From assembly GCF_963921235.1 (NCBI RefSeq), contig NC_086097.1, forward strand, positions 250,048,001-250,112,000: a DNA stretch of 64,000 nt. Reading direction: 5' to 3'. Below the pieces are notes generated by a model. That model was given only the letters and a program-made list of their open reading frames with translations, did no database searches and had not been told where the DNA came from. This DNA comes from Mobula hypostoma. Lineage: Eukaryota. The first letter of the stretch is position 1, and the number at the start of each line of letters is the position of its first letter. This document shows positions 37,550 to 51,327 of this stretch, piece by piece. Position numbers and translations under genes: made by a program.

Positions 37550-38766
37550 CAGTGGTTACCAAAGTGGGAAGTATTCCCTCCAGGAATAGCAAGAGTTTCT
37601 AAGAAGGCAATAAAGATAAGGGGGGCAGTTGGATGCACTTAGCTGCAAGGGGGGCAACTGAGGGATTACAGGCTTAACTTAAGAAATGTATTACTTTGAA
37701 CCAATTAAACATGCACACAACGATTCCACTCAACATCGGGGCGTGGCAGGAATTTTTCCTTTGGAGATATTGGACTAAATTGAGCCATGGTGACATTGTG
37801 ATGGCGTAACCAGCAGCACGTAGTGGGAAAATTATCGATTGACCAAGGTTGTGTGCAGCAGAAGCTGGATTGCTTGCTGTTACCATAACCAGGGAAGTTG
37901 GTGAGGTTATGGAATGGTATGCGGACAGGAGGGAGAGACACAATATCAGAGTGAACATAGGGAAGGGTAGTAGTCACATACTAATGTTTTTTTTGTCATT
38001 AAAGAACTTATTGGAAAAGGACAGGATTGCAGAGAAGATTGAACAGTTATAGGCCCTGGAGTTGAGGGGCTATGATGGTTTGTGTGCTTCATAGAACATT
38101 TCAATGCTTAATTGCTAAATCTGGAAAGCCCGATACAATTGGAGGAGAACTGAGTCTGCCAGCAGTAAGGGAGGTGCTGAGTACGGTTTTGTATAAGACA
38201 CCAGATCAGTTAATTGAAGTGATTTCACTCAGTGGCAACTCTGTTCAAATACATAAAGATGAAATATCTGAGAATGTGGAAGACACATTGTGCAATATAT
38301 TTAGGACAACAGAATTTGTTCTACAATTGGATAAGTTAACTTTGGCAGGCAACGGATCTTTGCTTCTTGGTTATGTTCACTTCATAAAAGATAAAAGCCT
38401 CCCTGAGTTGGAAGAAAAAAAAGAATATCAGATGATGATCTTCAAGTATACTGTGTCCACCTGGGTGAGGCTCATAAAGACAGGTCAGAGAGATTCAGGA
38501 TCTTACAATCTTCTCTTGATCTAAATTCCAGATTGGGTAATAAATCTATTCCTGAACACTTGTAATGAGGTATTAATAGGAAGGGTGGAGGAAGAACTGA
38601 TCTCGCTACAAAATGATTCAGCTGATGCCAAGATTCAAAAAATTGAAGACTTTTGGTTGCCGAAAGAAATCTCCGAGCATTATTCTGTACTGTAGAAAAA
38701 GGTCAAGATGTTCTTAGTTGACGTTCCAACATCATATTTAGTGCAGGGCGGTTTCAGTGCAGTCAC
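37550..38766 (+). mobile_element. Degraded hAT Charlie/Buster-type (SCAND3/ZBED8-like) transposon fragment
   Basis: TIR-like CAGTGGTTACCAAAGTGGG at 37550; peptides LIAKSGKPDTIGGELSLPAVREVLSTVL, FVLQLD..LLLGYVHFI and PTSYLVQGGFSAV. Confidence 0.75.
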
Positions 38767-39979
38767 GTAAATGATCTCTTAAGCTAACAGAAATATCTCT
38801 TGAAAACAGTTCATCATGTTTGTGAAGTATTGTGTAATTCCGAAAGTTAAATAAGGATTATGACTAATGTATTTGAAGACAAACAGCTAGAGTTTGTATC
38901 TATTGGTATAAATTCAGCATATTAGCTGTACTACTGTGCGAAAGTGTACTTGTAATGTGTTGCTTCCCAAGTATGAAAGGTAAGACAATTATCTCGGGAA
39001 AGTAAAATGATCTTCCACTGTTACTTTATTTTCCTGTTTCATGTGTTTTTTGTCAATGTCCAGTTGACCGACAAATTTTTACCACCCATTCCCTATGTTC
39101 AAAGTATTTAGCAGGTCCAGCAGCTTCTGTAGAAAGAGAAATAAAACTAATGTTTCACTCTGAGACTCTTGTCAGAACTGGGAGAGAAAGCTCTATGTTA
39201 TATATAGCCTTTCCCTAATAGAGAGGAAAAAAGAAACTGCAAATACTGGAATCTGGAGCAACACACAAAAAGCTGGAGGGATTCAATGTGTCAGGCAACA
39301 TCTATGGAGAGACAGTCAATGTATCAGCTTGAGACCATTGATCTGGATGTCATAATAAAGACCGCCTTCCTTCATTCATGGGATTTGAAGCCTGCTGGTG
39401 ATGGTGGTGTTGTAGTCTGTCCAGAATTGCCTCTAAACTAAGCAGGCAGTCCAAGAGTCAATCCATGTATGTGTGGTCTCCAGCCCATGTTCTCTAATAT
39501 TCTACCCTGTAAAATATTCATTCTTGTGTACAATTCTTTCTGTGGCCTAACACACACAAAATGCTGGAGGAACTCAGCATGTCAAGCGTCGTCTGTGGAG
39601 AGAAGTGAACAATTGACATTTTGAGCCGAGACTGTCCGAGATCCTTTTATGATCTAGCCCCTTTCTACACCTGCTACGTTTTCCAGACCTTCATTGCTCC
39701 AAGATCACTACATCCAGTCAAGATGAAAGGCCTCAACTCAAAAAGTTGACTCCATTTCCATCCATAGCTGCTGCCTGATCCACTGAGTTCCTCCAGGATT
39801 TTGTGTGCTGCTCAAAGAGAGAAAATACCTTATCCTCAGGAGGTGGAGAAGCGATGAGCAGAATCAAGAAAATCGTTCTGATAAAATGGGACCAGATGAG
39901 TTAATGGTGCAGTTAGAATCAGATTAGGCCTAGCTGAGTATTTTTAGTATTAACATTCGGAATGTTTCTGTGAGAGAAA

Positions 39980-41536
39980 TCTCCTGGACCTGATGGAATG
40001 CACCCTCGGGTTCTTAAGGAAGTAGCTGGATAAATTGCAGAGGCATTAATGATGACCTTCCAAGAATCGATAGATTCTGACATTGTACCGGAAAACGGGA
40101 AAGTTGCAAATGTTACTCTGCTATTTAAGGAGGGTAGGAGGAAGCAGAAAGGATACTATAGACCTGTTAGCCTGACGCCAGTGGTTGGGAAGTTGTTGGA
40201 ATGATTGTGAAGGATGAGATTACGGAAAACCTGGAGGCACGTGACAAGATAGGCCAAAGCCAGCATGGTTTCCTGAAAGGAAAATCCTGCCTGACAAACC
40301 TACTGCAATTCTTTGAGGAAATTGCAGGCAGGGTAGACAAAGGAGATGCAGTAGACGTGGTGTACTTGGATTTTCAGAAGGCCTTTGACAATGAGGCTGC
40401 TTAACAAGATAAGAGCCCATGGAATTACAGGGAAGTTACTAGCGTGGGTGGAGCATTGGCTGGTCAGCAGAAAACAGAGAGTGGGAATAAAAGGATCCTA
40501 TTCTGGCTGGCTGCCAGTTGCCAGTGGAGTTCCACAGGGGTCTGTTGGGACCGCTGCTTTTTACGATGTATGTCAATGATTTGGACTACGGTATTAATGG
40601 ATTTGTGGCTAAATTTGCCGATGATACAAAGATAGGTGGAGGAGTGGGTAGTGTTGAGGAAACAAGAACCTACAGAGAGACTTGGATAGTTTAGGGGAAT
40701 GGGCAAAGAAGTGGCAAATGAAATACAATGTTGGAAATGTATGGTCATGCACTTTGGTGGAAGAAATAGACAGATAGACTGTTATTTAGATGGGGAGAGA
40801 ATTCAAAATGCAGAGATGCAAAGGGACTTGGGAATCCTTGTGCAAGATACCCAAAAGGTTAACCTCCAGGTTGGGTCGGTTGTGAAGAAGGCGAATGCAA
40901 TGTTGTCATTCATTTCTAGAGGTATAGAATATAAGAGCAGGGATGTGATGTTGAGGCTCTATAAGGCACTCGTGAGACTACACTTGGAGTATTGTGTACA
41001 GTTTTGTGCTCCTTATTTTAGTAAAGATATACTGACATTGGAGAGGGTTCAGAGGTGATTCACGAGAATGATTCCAGGAATGAAAGGGTTACGCATGAGG
41101 AACGTCTGGCAGCTCTTGGGCTGTATTCCCTGGAGTTCAGGAGAATGAGGGGGGATCTCCTAGAAACATTCCAAATGTTAAAAGGTCTGAACAGATCATA
41201 TATGGCAAAGTTATTCCCCAGGGTAGGGGAGTCTAGAACAAGAGGGCACGACTTCAGAATTGAAGGACGTCCATTTAGAACTGAGATGCGGAGAAATTAC
41301 TTTAGTTGAAGGTGGTAAATCTGTGGAATTTGTTGCCACAAGTGGCTGTGGAGGCCAAATCATTGGGTGTATTTAAGACAGAGATAGGTTCTTGATTAGC
41401 CAGGGCATCAAAGGGTATGGAGTGAGGGCAGGAAAGTGGGGATGACTGGAAGAATTGAATCAGCCCACGATTGAATGGCAGAGCAGGCTCGATGGGCCGA
41501 ATGGCCTACTTCTGCTCCTATATCTTATGGTCTTAT
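39980..41536 (+). mobile_element. CR1-type LINE RT and 3' end
   Basis: SQHGFLKGKSCLTNLLQFFEE, DVVYLDFQKAFD, FADDTK and the CR1 tail, ending ~100 nt before a TAF2 exon. Confidence 0.9.
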
Positions 41537-41633
41537 AGTATTTTTGTACTTTTTCTTATTCAATGATATACCTGCTGTGATTAACAATATAGGTAACATA
41601 AAAGTTCCTCTTTTTTTCGTAAATGTTATTAAG

Positions 41634-41863
41634 GAACCTCCCACGACTGGAGACTTCGCTGTGATGCTGTGGACATGTACTATACCTTGTTTGGCCTCAG
41701 CCGACCTTCATGCCTTCCTCTACCGGAACTGGGCCTTGTTCTGAACTTGAAGGAAAAGAAGACTGTGCTGAATCCTATTATTATTCCAGAGACAGGAGCA
41801 AGTGGCCAAGAAACTCTGGGCGGTGCAAGCATGCATGGATTAATACCTGGCTTCCAGATTAAT
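41634..41863 (+). CDS. TAF2: TAF2 internal coding exon (TSHDWRLRCDAVDMYYTLFGLSRPSCLPLPELGLVLNLKEKK...GFQIN)
   Basis: Acceptor ttattaag|, donor AAT|gtaagg; 230 nt, phase 1 to 0; matches TAF2. Confidence 0.95.
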
Positions 41864-42659
41864 GTAAGGAAACTGTGTATTTTCTATCTTTTCATATCTG
41901 TGATGAGAAATGCTGCAAAAAAACACCTTTCTTCATTTAGAGCAGGGGTTCCCAACCTGGAGTTCGTGGACCCCCCCAGTTAATGGTAAGGCTCCTCCAG
42001 AGGCATGTCCTGGGTGATGATGGTCCTCAGTGATGGATGCTGTTTTTTTAAGGCACCGCCTTTTAAAGATGTTCTTGATGCTGGGCAGTCCAGTGCCCAT
42101 GATGGAGCCGGTTGTGTTTACTCAGCTTTTTCCAATCCTGTGCAGTGGCTCCTCCATAAGATATGGTGATGCAACCCAATATCCCTCCCATCCTACCAAC
42201 ACATTAACAATTTTGGTGTTAGTTGACCCAGCCTGAACATCTGGATTTCTTGTTAGGTCCTTCTAAAATCAGTTCTCTTTTGTTTAAATATCATAAGACA
42301 TAGGAGCTGAATTAGGCTATTCGACCCACTGAGTTGCAACTCTATTCCATCATGACTGATTTATTATCCCTCTTAACCCCATTCTCCTGTCTTCTCCCTG
42401 TAACCTTTGAATCCATTACTAATTAAGGATCTATCAACCTTTGCTTTAAATATGCCCAGTGACTTAGCCTCCACGGTCTTCTGTGGCTATGTGTTCCACA
42501 GATTCACCACCCTGTGGCTAAAGAAATCTCTCCTCATCTCTGTTTTACATTATTAGTTATTTTTTGTCTATATGTATTGGATGTTAATTGAATGAAACAT
42601 TCTGTCTCTGAGCTTTGTGCCATTCTAAATGAATCACCCTACTATACCCAGTTTTTTCT

Positions 42660-43095
42660 TTCCACTTTAAGGGTGGAGGAACAACACCTGATATTCCATC
42701 TAGATAGCCTTAAACCTGATGGCATGAACATCGATTTCTCCTTCCAGTAATTTTTTTCCCCCTTTTTTTCTGTCTTTTCCCCTCCTCTTTCATCTTCTAT
42801 TTCCCACTCTGGCCACTTACCTCTTCTCACCTTCACATCAGATTCCTTCCAATCCCAGCCCTTTACCCTTCCCACCCACCTAGCTTCACCCACCACCTTC
42901 CTGCTAGTCCTGCTTCCCCTCCACCCAGTTTTTTATTCTGGTGTCTTTCCCTTTCCTTTCCAGTTCTGAAGAAGGGTCTTGGTCCAGAACATCGACTGTT
43001 CATTCATTTCCATAGATGCTGCTTGACCTGCTGAGTTCCTCCAGTATTTTGTATATGTTGCTCTGGATTTCCAGTACCTGCAGAATCTCTGGTGT
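42660..43095 (+). mobile_element. PLE 3' fragment (end of GIY-YIG ORF + hammerhead-like repeat at 42961-42998)
   Basis: ggaggaacaacacctgatattccatctagatagccttaaacctgatggcatgaacatcgatttc (EEQHLIF..SLKPDGMNIDF), then CAGTT-CTGAAGA-AGGGTCTTGGTCC-AGAA-CATC-GACTG. Confidence 0.75.
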
Positions 43096-43599
43096 TTTTC
43101 TCTTGATTACCTGTTTTCCCCCTTTCAGTTGCTAACAATTCTCTGATGTATTTTGTTACAGGGAAAAATAATTTTTTTTTCTTCAGCATTTGAATTTTTT
43201 TTCTGAATATCTGCTTTTCCTTTGATTTAATTCATTGCAGTTTTGAACTGTGTTGGATTAGTTACAAGACCAAAGATTATTTTTCCATGTTTGTTTGCTT
43301 TATGAAATTTGGCACACTTCAGTACAGCCACAAAGGTTTCCCATCTGTAGGCTTGGTTCTGGTAAACTCTGCAGTTCCAGCCAGTTTTAGATTTATGTTT
43401 TATTTTGAATCGTCTGGAACTTCTCCAGTGACCATTATCCTTAAATCCTCTTTGCTGCCTTTAATCTTTGCATAGATCATTGCACATTTTTTTCCTCCCA
43501 ATCTTCGTGTTATCTTGAAAGCTCCTTGTAGTTCCTAGTTAAAAGTGCACAGTACGGTGTCACCATACACCAAATAGTCCTGTCTGGGTTTATTAATGT

Positions 43600-44056
43600 G
43601 TAATCAGCAAAGGGGCATTATACACCAAGTGTATCTTCATGTTCTTCTACACACCACTGTTGTAACGCGAGGTTATTCAAGCTACTATCACCTTCCTCTC
43701 AGCTTCAACCAGCCAGTCTGGCCATTCACCTCTATCATTAACAAGGCATTTTCACCCTGTAGTTCAATGGATGCTTGTGTTTTTTTTAACACCATTTTCT
43801 GTAAACTCTAGAGACTTGTGTGTGAAAATCCCAGCAGATGAGCAGTTTCTGAGATATTCAAATCACCCTGTCATTCCACCATCAATATCACTTCGATCGC
43901 TTTTTTCTCCCCACTCTGATTTTTGGTCTGAACAACAACTGAATCTCTTAACCATGTCTGAATGCTTTTATGCATCATTTGCTGCCACATGATCAGCTGA
44001 TTGAATATTTACAGTGAGAGAGCAGGTGTACAGATGTACCCAATAAAGTAGTCAGA
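43600..44056. mobile_element. Tc1/mariner-like element end fragment
   Basis: Ends gcaggtgtacagatgtacccaataaagtagtca, resembling Tc1-type TIRs (GTGTACCTAATAAAGTGGCC); recognised from memory only. Confidence 0.5.
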
Positions 44057-44109
44057 CTTCTGATATTCTTGTGAAAAGGCAGGTTGCCCCTCAACCTGCC
44101 CTAACTGGG

Positions 44110-45430
44110 AAGCAATTTTATAGGCAGTGAATGCTCCAGCCAGTTGATCAGCATGGGTCTTTGGTACTTGGCCAGGTACCCCACCTGGTGCTGAATGTTT
44201 TCCATGGATGCTTCCCTCCTGTAGGGTGCTCTCACGTCAGCTTCAGAGACTGAAATGACAAGGTCATCGGGGGCTGTGGCCTGAAGGTTCCTCAATGTTT
44301 TGACTGTCAAAGTGAACATAGAAGGCATTGGGGTCATCTGGAAGTGAAGCCCTGTTGTCACCTATGTTGCTTGATTTCACTTTGTAGGAGGATATAGCAA
44401 TCAAGTCCTGCCACAGCTGTCGAGCATCCTTCATTGATTCAAGTTTAGAAAGGAATTGCCACTTTGCCCATGAGATGGCTTTCCAGAGATTATGCCTGGC
44501 CCTCTTGTAACTGTCTTGGTCACCTGATTTGAATGCCTCTGATCTGGCTGTCAGCAGGTTCCGCATCACATGGTTCATCCAGGGCTTCAGGTTGGGAAAG
44601 TCTCTGAGTGATTTTGTCGGGAGACACCCATCTATGACTGTCTTTATAACGTCTGTGACAACCACTCAATATTCATTCAGATCCATAGATGAGTCCTTGA
44701 ACACAGCCCAGGCCACTGACTCGAAGCAATCCAATAGCCATCCCTCTGCCTCCTGCAACCACCTCTTTATTGTCCTAATCTCTGGAGCCTTGCTCTTTAG
44801 CCTCTGCCTGTTTGCAGGTAGGAGAAGGACAGCCAAGTGATAAGATTTCCCGAAATATGGTCTGGGCATGGAACGGTAGGTATTCCTTATCTTAGTATAG
44901 CAGTGGTCTAGTGTGTTGGGATTTCTGATCCTACAAGTTATATGCTGATTGTATATGAGGAGGGATTTCTTCAAACAAGCCTGATTGAAATCCCCAACAA
45001 TGATATAAAATGCCTCAGTGTAGACTGTTTCTTGTTTGGTGACGACATCATTCGTATCTCAAACGCTTGATTGTAATTGTCCACTGGTGGAATGTAAACT
45101 GCAGTCAGGATCACAAAGGAGAACTTTCCTTGTAAGTGGAGTGCTCAGTATTTGATTGTTAGAATTCCAGGCCAGGGGAACATGAGTACAACAAAACTGC
45201 CACGTTGGAGCACCACAGGGAGTTTATGCTGAACCTCGCACCTCCACCTTTTGCCTTTTCTGAATCACCAGTTCAGTCTGTCCTGTATATTGAGAAGACT
45301 TCAGGTCTGATCGCCATAGCTGGCATACTCTGAGTAAGCCACATCTTGGTAAAGCACAGAATACAACAAATCCTCAGTTCCCTACAATACAGCAGCCTTG
45401 CCCTTAAGTCTCCAATTTTGTTCTTCAGTG
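44110..45430 (-). mobile_element. Rex1/Babar-like LINE, APE and linker region, degenerate
   Basis: Peptides CCILCFTKMWL, NTLDHCYT..PRPYFGKSYHLAVLLLP and FPNLKPWMN..LLTARSEAFKSGD. Confidence 0.8.
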
Positions 45431-46189
45431 AACAGTGTAAAGAAAATGTTTGTCCCAAATGGCTGACTCCTGCTCCTGAGATTATCTTCCCTTTTCCCCA
45501 GTAAAATCAAGTGGCCTCTGCAGATGATGTTAATTCTGGGTATGAAGAGTGTTTGGTGGCTTTAGGCCTGTGCTTGCTGGAGTTTAGAAGAATTGGGGGG
45601 CGGGGGGGTTGCATTGAAATCTATCGAATATTGAAAGGCTGAGGGTCTGGGACCAGAGGGCACAGATTCAGAGTAGAGAGACATCCCTCATCCCTCTTAG
45701 AACAGAGATGAAGAGGAATTTCTTTATCCAGAGGGTAGTGAATCTGTGCAATTCACTGCTACAAACTGCCGTGGAGGCCAAGTCATTGAGTAAATTCAAA
45801 GCGGGAGTTAATAAGTTCTTGATTTGTCAGGAGGGCAAAGGTTACAGGGAGAAGTCAGGAGAATGGGGTTGAGAAGGATTATAAATCAGCCATATCGGAA
45901 TGGCGGAGCAGACTTGCTGGGCTGAATAGCCTGTTTATCTTCCTATGTCTTATGGTCTTAATTTACTTGGAATATTGTATGTTTCAGTAAGATCTCCGAT
46001 TCTTAATTCCATTGAGTATATCACAAGATTATTGTTCCTGGATTGCCACTCAGTTTTTTTATGTGCTGGAAAAGAAGTACTTTTTTAAAAATTCAGAAAA
46101 TACTAGTGCAACACACACAAAATAAGGTGGAATCATAACAGGGTTGTCATGATGGAAAAAATTTTAATTTACCTTGATTGGCATCTCCC

Positions 46190-48597
46190 TAGAGCAAGGG
46201 GTTTAGATGGAGTGGAGTTTGTTAGGTGTGTTCAGGAAGGCTTCCTGACACAATATGTCGATAAGCCTAAGAGGAGAGCCTGTACTTGATCTGGTATCGG
46301 GAAATGAACCTGGTCAGGTATCAGGTCTCTCAGTGGGAGAGCATTTTGGAGATGGTGATTACAATTCTATCTCCTTTACCATAGCATTGGAGAGAGATAG
46401 ACAACAGGAACAGACAAGTTAGAAAAGCATTTAATTGGAGTAAGGGGAAGTATGAAGCTATCAGGCAGGAACTTGGAAGCATAAGTTGGGAACAGATGTT
46501 TTCAGGGAAATGTACGGCAGAAATGTAGCAAATGTTCAAGGGATATTTGCATGGCGTTCTGCACAGGTACATTCCAATGAGACAGAAAGGATGATAGAGT
46601 ACAGGAACCATGGTGTACAAAGGCTCTTGGAAATCTAGTCAAGAAGAAAAGAAAAGTTTACAAAAGGTTCAAAAAACTAGGTAATGATAGAGATCTAGAA
46701 AATTGTAAGGCTAGCAGGAAGGAGCTTAAGAATGAAATTAGGAGCCAAAAGGGGCCATGAGAAGGCCTTGGCGGACAGGATTAAGGAAAACCCCAAGGCA
46801 TTCTACAAGTATTTGAAGAGCAAGAGGATAAGACGTGAGAGAATAGGACCAATCAAGTGTGACAGTAGAAAAGTGTGTTTGGAACTGGAGGAAATAGCGG
46901 AGGTACTTAATGAATACTTAGCTTCAGTATTCACTACAGAAAAGGGCCTTGGCGATTGTAGGGATGACTTACAGTGGACTGAAAAGCTTGAGCATGTAGA
47001 CATTAAGAGGGAGGATGTACTGGAGCTTTTGGAAAGCATCAAGTTGGATAAGTTACCGGGACCAGACGAGATGTACCTCAGGCCACTGTGGGACATGAGG
47101 GAGGAGATTACTGAGCCTCTGGCAATGATCTTTGCATTATCATTAGGGACAGAAGAGGTTCCGGAGGATTGGAGGGTTGCAGATGTTGTTCCCTTATTCA
47201 AGAAAGGGAGTAGAGATAGCCCAGGAAATTATAGACCAGTGAGTCCAGTTGGTGGAGAAGATCCTGAGAGGCAGGATTTATGAACATTTGGAGAGGCATA
47301 ATATGATTAGGAATAGTCAGCATGGATTTGTCAAAGGCAGGTGGTGCCTTACGAGCCTGATTGAATTTTTGATTTGAATTTATGATAAACACATTGATGA
47401 AGGTAGAGCAGTAGATGTAGTGTACATGGATTTCAGCAAGGCATTTGACAAGGTACCCCATGCAAGGCTTACTGAGAAAGTAAGGAGGCATGGGATCCAA
47501 GGGGAGCTTGCTTTGTGGATCCAGAACTGGCTTGCCAACAGAAGGCAAAGAGTGGTTGTAGACAGGTCATATTCTGCCTGAAGGTTGGTGACCAGTGGTG
47601 TGCCTCAGGGATCTGTTCTGCGACCCTTACTGTTCATGATTTTTATAAATGACCTGGATGAGGAAGTGAAGGGATGGGTTAGTAAATTTGCTGATGACAC
47701 AAAGGTTGGGGGTGTTGTGGATAGTGTGGAGGGCTGTCAGAGGTTACAGCGGGTTATTGACAGGATGCAAAACTGGGCTGAGAAGTGGCAGATGGAGTTC
47801 AACCCAAATAAGTGTGAAGTGGTTCATTTTGGTAGGTCAAACATCATAGCAGAATATATTATTAATGATCAGACTCTTGGCAGTGTGGAGGATCAGAGGG
47901 ATCTTGGGGTCTGAGTCCACAGGACACTCAAAGCCGCTGCACAGGTTGACTGTGTGGTTAAGAAGGCATACGGTGCATTGACCTTCAGCAACCGTGGGAT
48001 TGAGTTCAAGAGCTGAGAGGTAATGTTGCAGCTATATAGGACCCTGGTCAGACCCCACTTAGAGTACTGTGCTCAGTTCTGGTCGCCTCACTACAGAAAG
48101 GATGTGGAAACCATAGAAAGGGTGCAGAGGAGATTTACAAGGATGTTGCCTGGATTGGGGAGTATGCCTTATGAGAATAGGTTGAGTGAACTTGGCCTTT
48201 TCTCCTTGGAGCGACTGAGGATGAGAGGTGACTTGATAGAGGTGTATAGATGATGAGGGGCATTGATTGTGTAGATAGTCAGAGGCTTTTTCCCAGGGCT
48301 GAACTGGCTAACACGCAAGGGCACAGTTTTAAGGTGCTTGGGAGTAGGTACAGAGGAGATGTCAGGGGTAAGTTTTTTACACAGAGAATGGTGAATGCAT
48401 GGATGGGCTGCAGGTGACGGTGGTGGAGGCGGATACAATAGGGTCTTTTAAGAGACTCCTGGATAGGTACATGGAGCTTAGGAAAATAGAGGGCTATGGG
48501 TAACCCTAGGTAATCTCTGAAGTAAGTACGTGTCCAGCACAGCATTATGGGCCGAAGGGCCTGTATTGTGCTGTAGGTTTTCTATGTTGTATGTTGT
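46190..48597 (+). mobile_element. CR1-type LINE (second subfamily), degenerate
   Basis: KENPKAFYKY, PGPDEMY, VPEDWRVADVVPLFKKG..PGNYRPVS, VPQGSVL, FADDTKVGG, LVRPHLEYC; tail ggccgaagggcctgtattgtgctgta. Confidence 0.9.
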
Positions 48598-51327
48598 AAG
48601 ATGCTGGAGGAACTTGGCAGGTCAGGCAGTGTCTGTACAGAGGAATAAAGAGTCAACACTTTGGCCCGCAGAAGTGGCTTGAACTGCTGAGATTTTCCAA
48701 CATTTTTTGTTTCTATTTTATATTTCTAGTATGTGCATTTTCTTTTTGATTATCATGAAACAATTAAAATTGGTTGTTGTCATTCATGAAAGTTGTTTTC
48801 AAAATATTCTTCCTTTTGTTCTATTGCAAAATCAGAAAGCATGAGAAATGATTGGCAGGTTAGTCAGCAACTGCAAGAAAAGGAAGCCAATGTTTCAGCT
48901 CAGTGACCTTCTATTATGTTTCCAATGCAGTCTTTTTTTCCTTTTTATTTCTTTTTCTCTTGTTTGATTTCACTCCTCTTTATTGGTCTCGAATGTCAGG
49001 CTTTTCTCTCTGGAGCAATGGAAAATGACAGATGACTTAATGATAAGAAGCTTAGATAAGAGTGGACAGCCAGTGCCTTTATCCCAGGGCAAAAATGGCT
49101 AACATGAAGAGGCATAATTTTAAGGTGATTGGAGGAAAGTACAAGGGATGTCAGAGGTATTTTTTTCTGCACAGTGCACAACCGGGTGTAGTAGCAGAGG
49201 CAGATACATTAGAAGCATTTACAAGATACTTAGATGGGCAGAGGGATAAAGAAAAATGGACAGTTATGTGGAAGGGAAGCATAAGATTGGTCACAACATC
49301 ACAGGCTGAAAGGCCTCTACTATGCTGGTACTGTTATATAGTCTATGTTCACTTGCCCTAGCTGGAATCAGGTCACACTTGCAGGAAATTGAAGGCGAGG
49401 AAGGATTACTAATTTAATTATAAAACACGTTGGGAGGTTGTGAAATGTTAAAAATACTTTCTTCTGAATACAGTCTGTTTATAAAACAGTAATGTGATGC
49501 AATCTGCTGGGTTTATCTGATTGTCAGTCTTCATTTTGAGGTAGCTCTCCAGTTTTGAATGGGAAGGCTGTGATTCAAGTTCTGCACCAATAACTGAGTA
49601 CAGAACAGCATGGAATCTTTGGAAAAGTTCTGATGAAGGGTCTCGGTCTGAAACAGAACTGTGTACTCTTTGCCATAGATGCTGCCTGGCCTGCTTAGTT
49701 CCTCCAGCATTTTGTGTGTATTGCATGATACCTTGCTGTTTTCCTAAATTAATAGAAACCTTTTTTTTTGCAATTGTAACTAATGCTGTCTCATACCCAA
49801 ATTTTTACCTTTTCTATTAAACCTTTAATGATTCTTTGGTGTTTTTACACTCTGTTTAATCTTCAGCCCTGCTCCCAATTTATGTTTGGTTAACCATGGC
49901 ATTGGTCATTCCTTGTCAGAATATAACTATTCCAAATACTCTTCAGATCCTTTTCAGTGTCCGTCACTGTATTTCAATTGATTGATCAACTAATCTACAT
50001 TGCCAACATTTTAGCTAGCTTTTCACCTGGTCACTTAATTGCCCTTATTTAAGTTTTAAATGTCAACCTTGAGCCCATACTGCTCTTATACAAACTAAAT
50101 GTAAAATTTCTGTGAATTATGTTCATTTCTGCCTGGGTGTATTTTCGCCATGAGATCACTAATTAATCCTACCTCATTGCATTCTACCAGGCTTACTGAT
50201 GAAGGATCTCAGCCAGAAATGTCATCTGTTTATTCCTCTCCATAGATGCTGCCTGAGCTGCTGAGTTCCTCCTGCATTGTGTGTGCTACTATAGTTTTGT
50301 TTCTGCTTGGCTCCGAACATGCCATTGTCAGAAACGGCATCTGAACTCTTCATTTAGCCTATCCCTGTGTGTAGTGCTACCACAAGAAAACAGCATTCAT
50401 CAATAAAGACCCCCACTATACAGGCCAAGCTCTCTTCTTGATGAAGGGTCTCATCCTGAAACATCAACTGTTTACTCTTTTCCATAGGTGCTGCCTGATC
50501 TTCGGAGTTCCGCCAGCATCTTGTGTGTGTGTTTGGATTCCCAGCATCTGTTGATTTTCTCAACTTCATTCTCTCCTCTTGCTACTATTATCTGGCAGGA
50601 GATACAGAAGCCCTTGGTCCCACACCACCAGGTTCAGGAACAGTTATTACCCTTAAAACATCAGGCTCTTTCCACAACCTACATATTCACTTTCTGGGAC
50701 TCTACAACTCTTGTTCTCAGTATTTTTTATTTGCATAATGTGTCTTCTTTTGCACATTGATGTCAGTCTTTAATTAAGTTTTAAAATATCCCTCCCCCTC
50801 CCTCCTTCTTCTATTCCCCACTCTGGCCTCTTGCCTCTTCTCACCTGTCTAATACCTCCCAATGAGTCTCCTCCTCCTTCCCTTTCTCCAGCATTTTGTG
50901 TGTGTTGCTTTAATTATGTATGTTTTTCATAGATTCTATTGTATTTCCTTATTTTGGCTGTGAATTCCTGCCAGAAATTGAATCCAGAGCTAGTACATTG
51001 TAATACATAAGTACTTTGATATTAAGTTTACTCTGAAAGTTGATTTGATGTTTCCAATTTGCATGTAGATTAACATCACCCATGATTATCACCCTACCTC
51101 TGACAAACTCTCACTAATTTTACTTTAGTCTCCATCTTACTGTGTGCATCAGAGCCAGTACACTAGTCCTATAAGTAGTTTCTTTCCTTTTCTAATTGTC
51201 ATCTTCATCCAAACAACTTCAGGTTTCTTGAACTTACAGTAGGTCGTCCTTTTTAATGCACCAAGGCATCATTCTTTATTTTTCCTTTTGAAATACTTTA
51301 TCTGTGAAGCATTTATAGAGATCTTGA

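Noticed and set aside
38072..38524. 150-aa ORF as a possible domesticated ZBED8/SCAND3-like gene
   Set aside because: Internally deleted and surrounded by stops and frameshifts; best explained as a decayed Charlie-type transposon.
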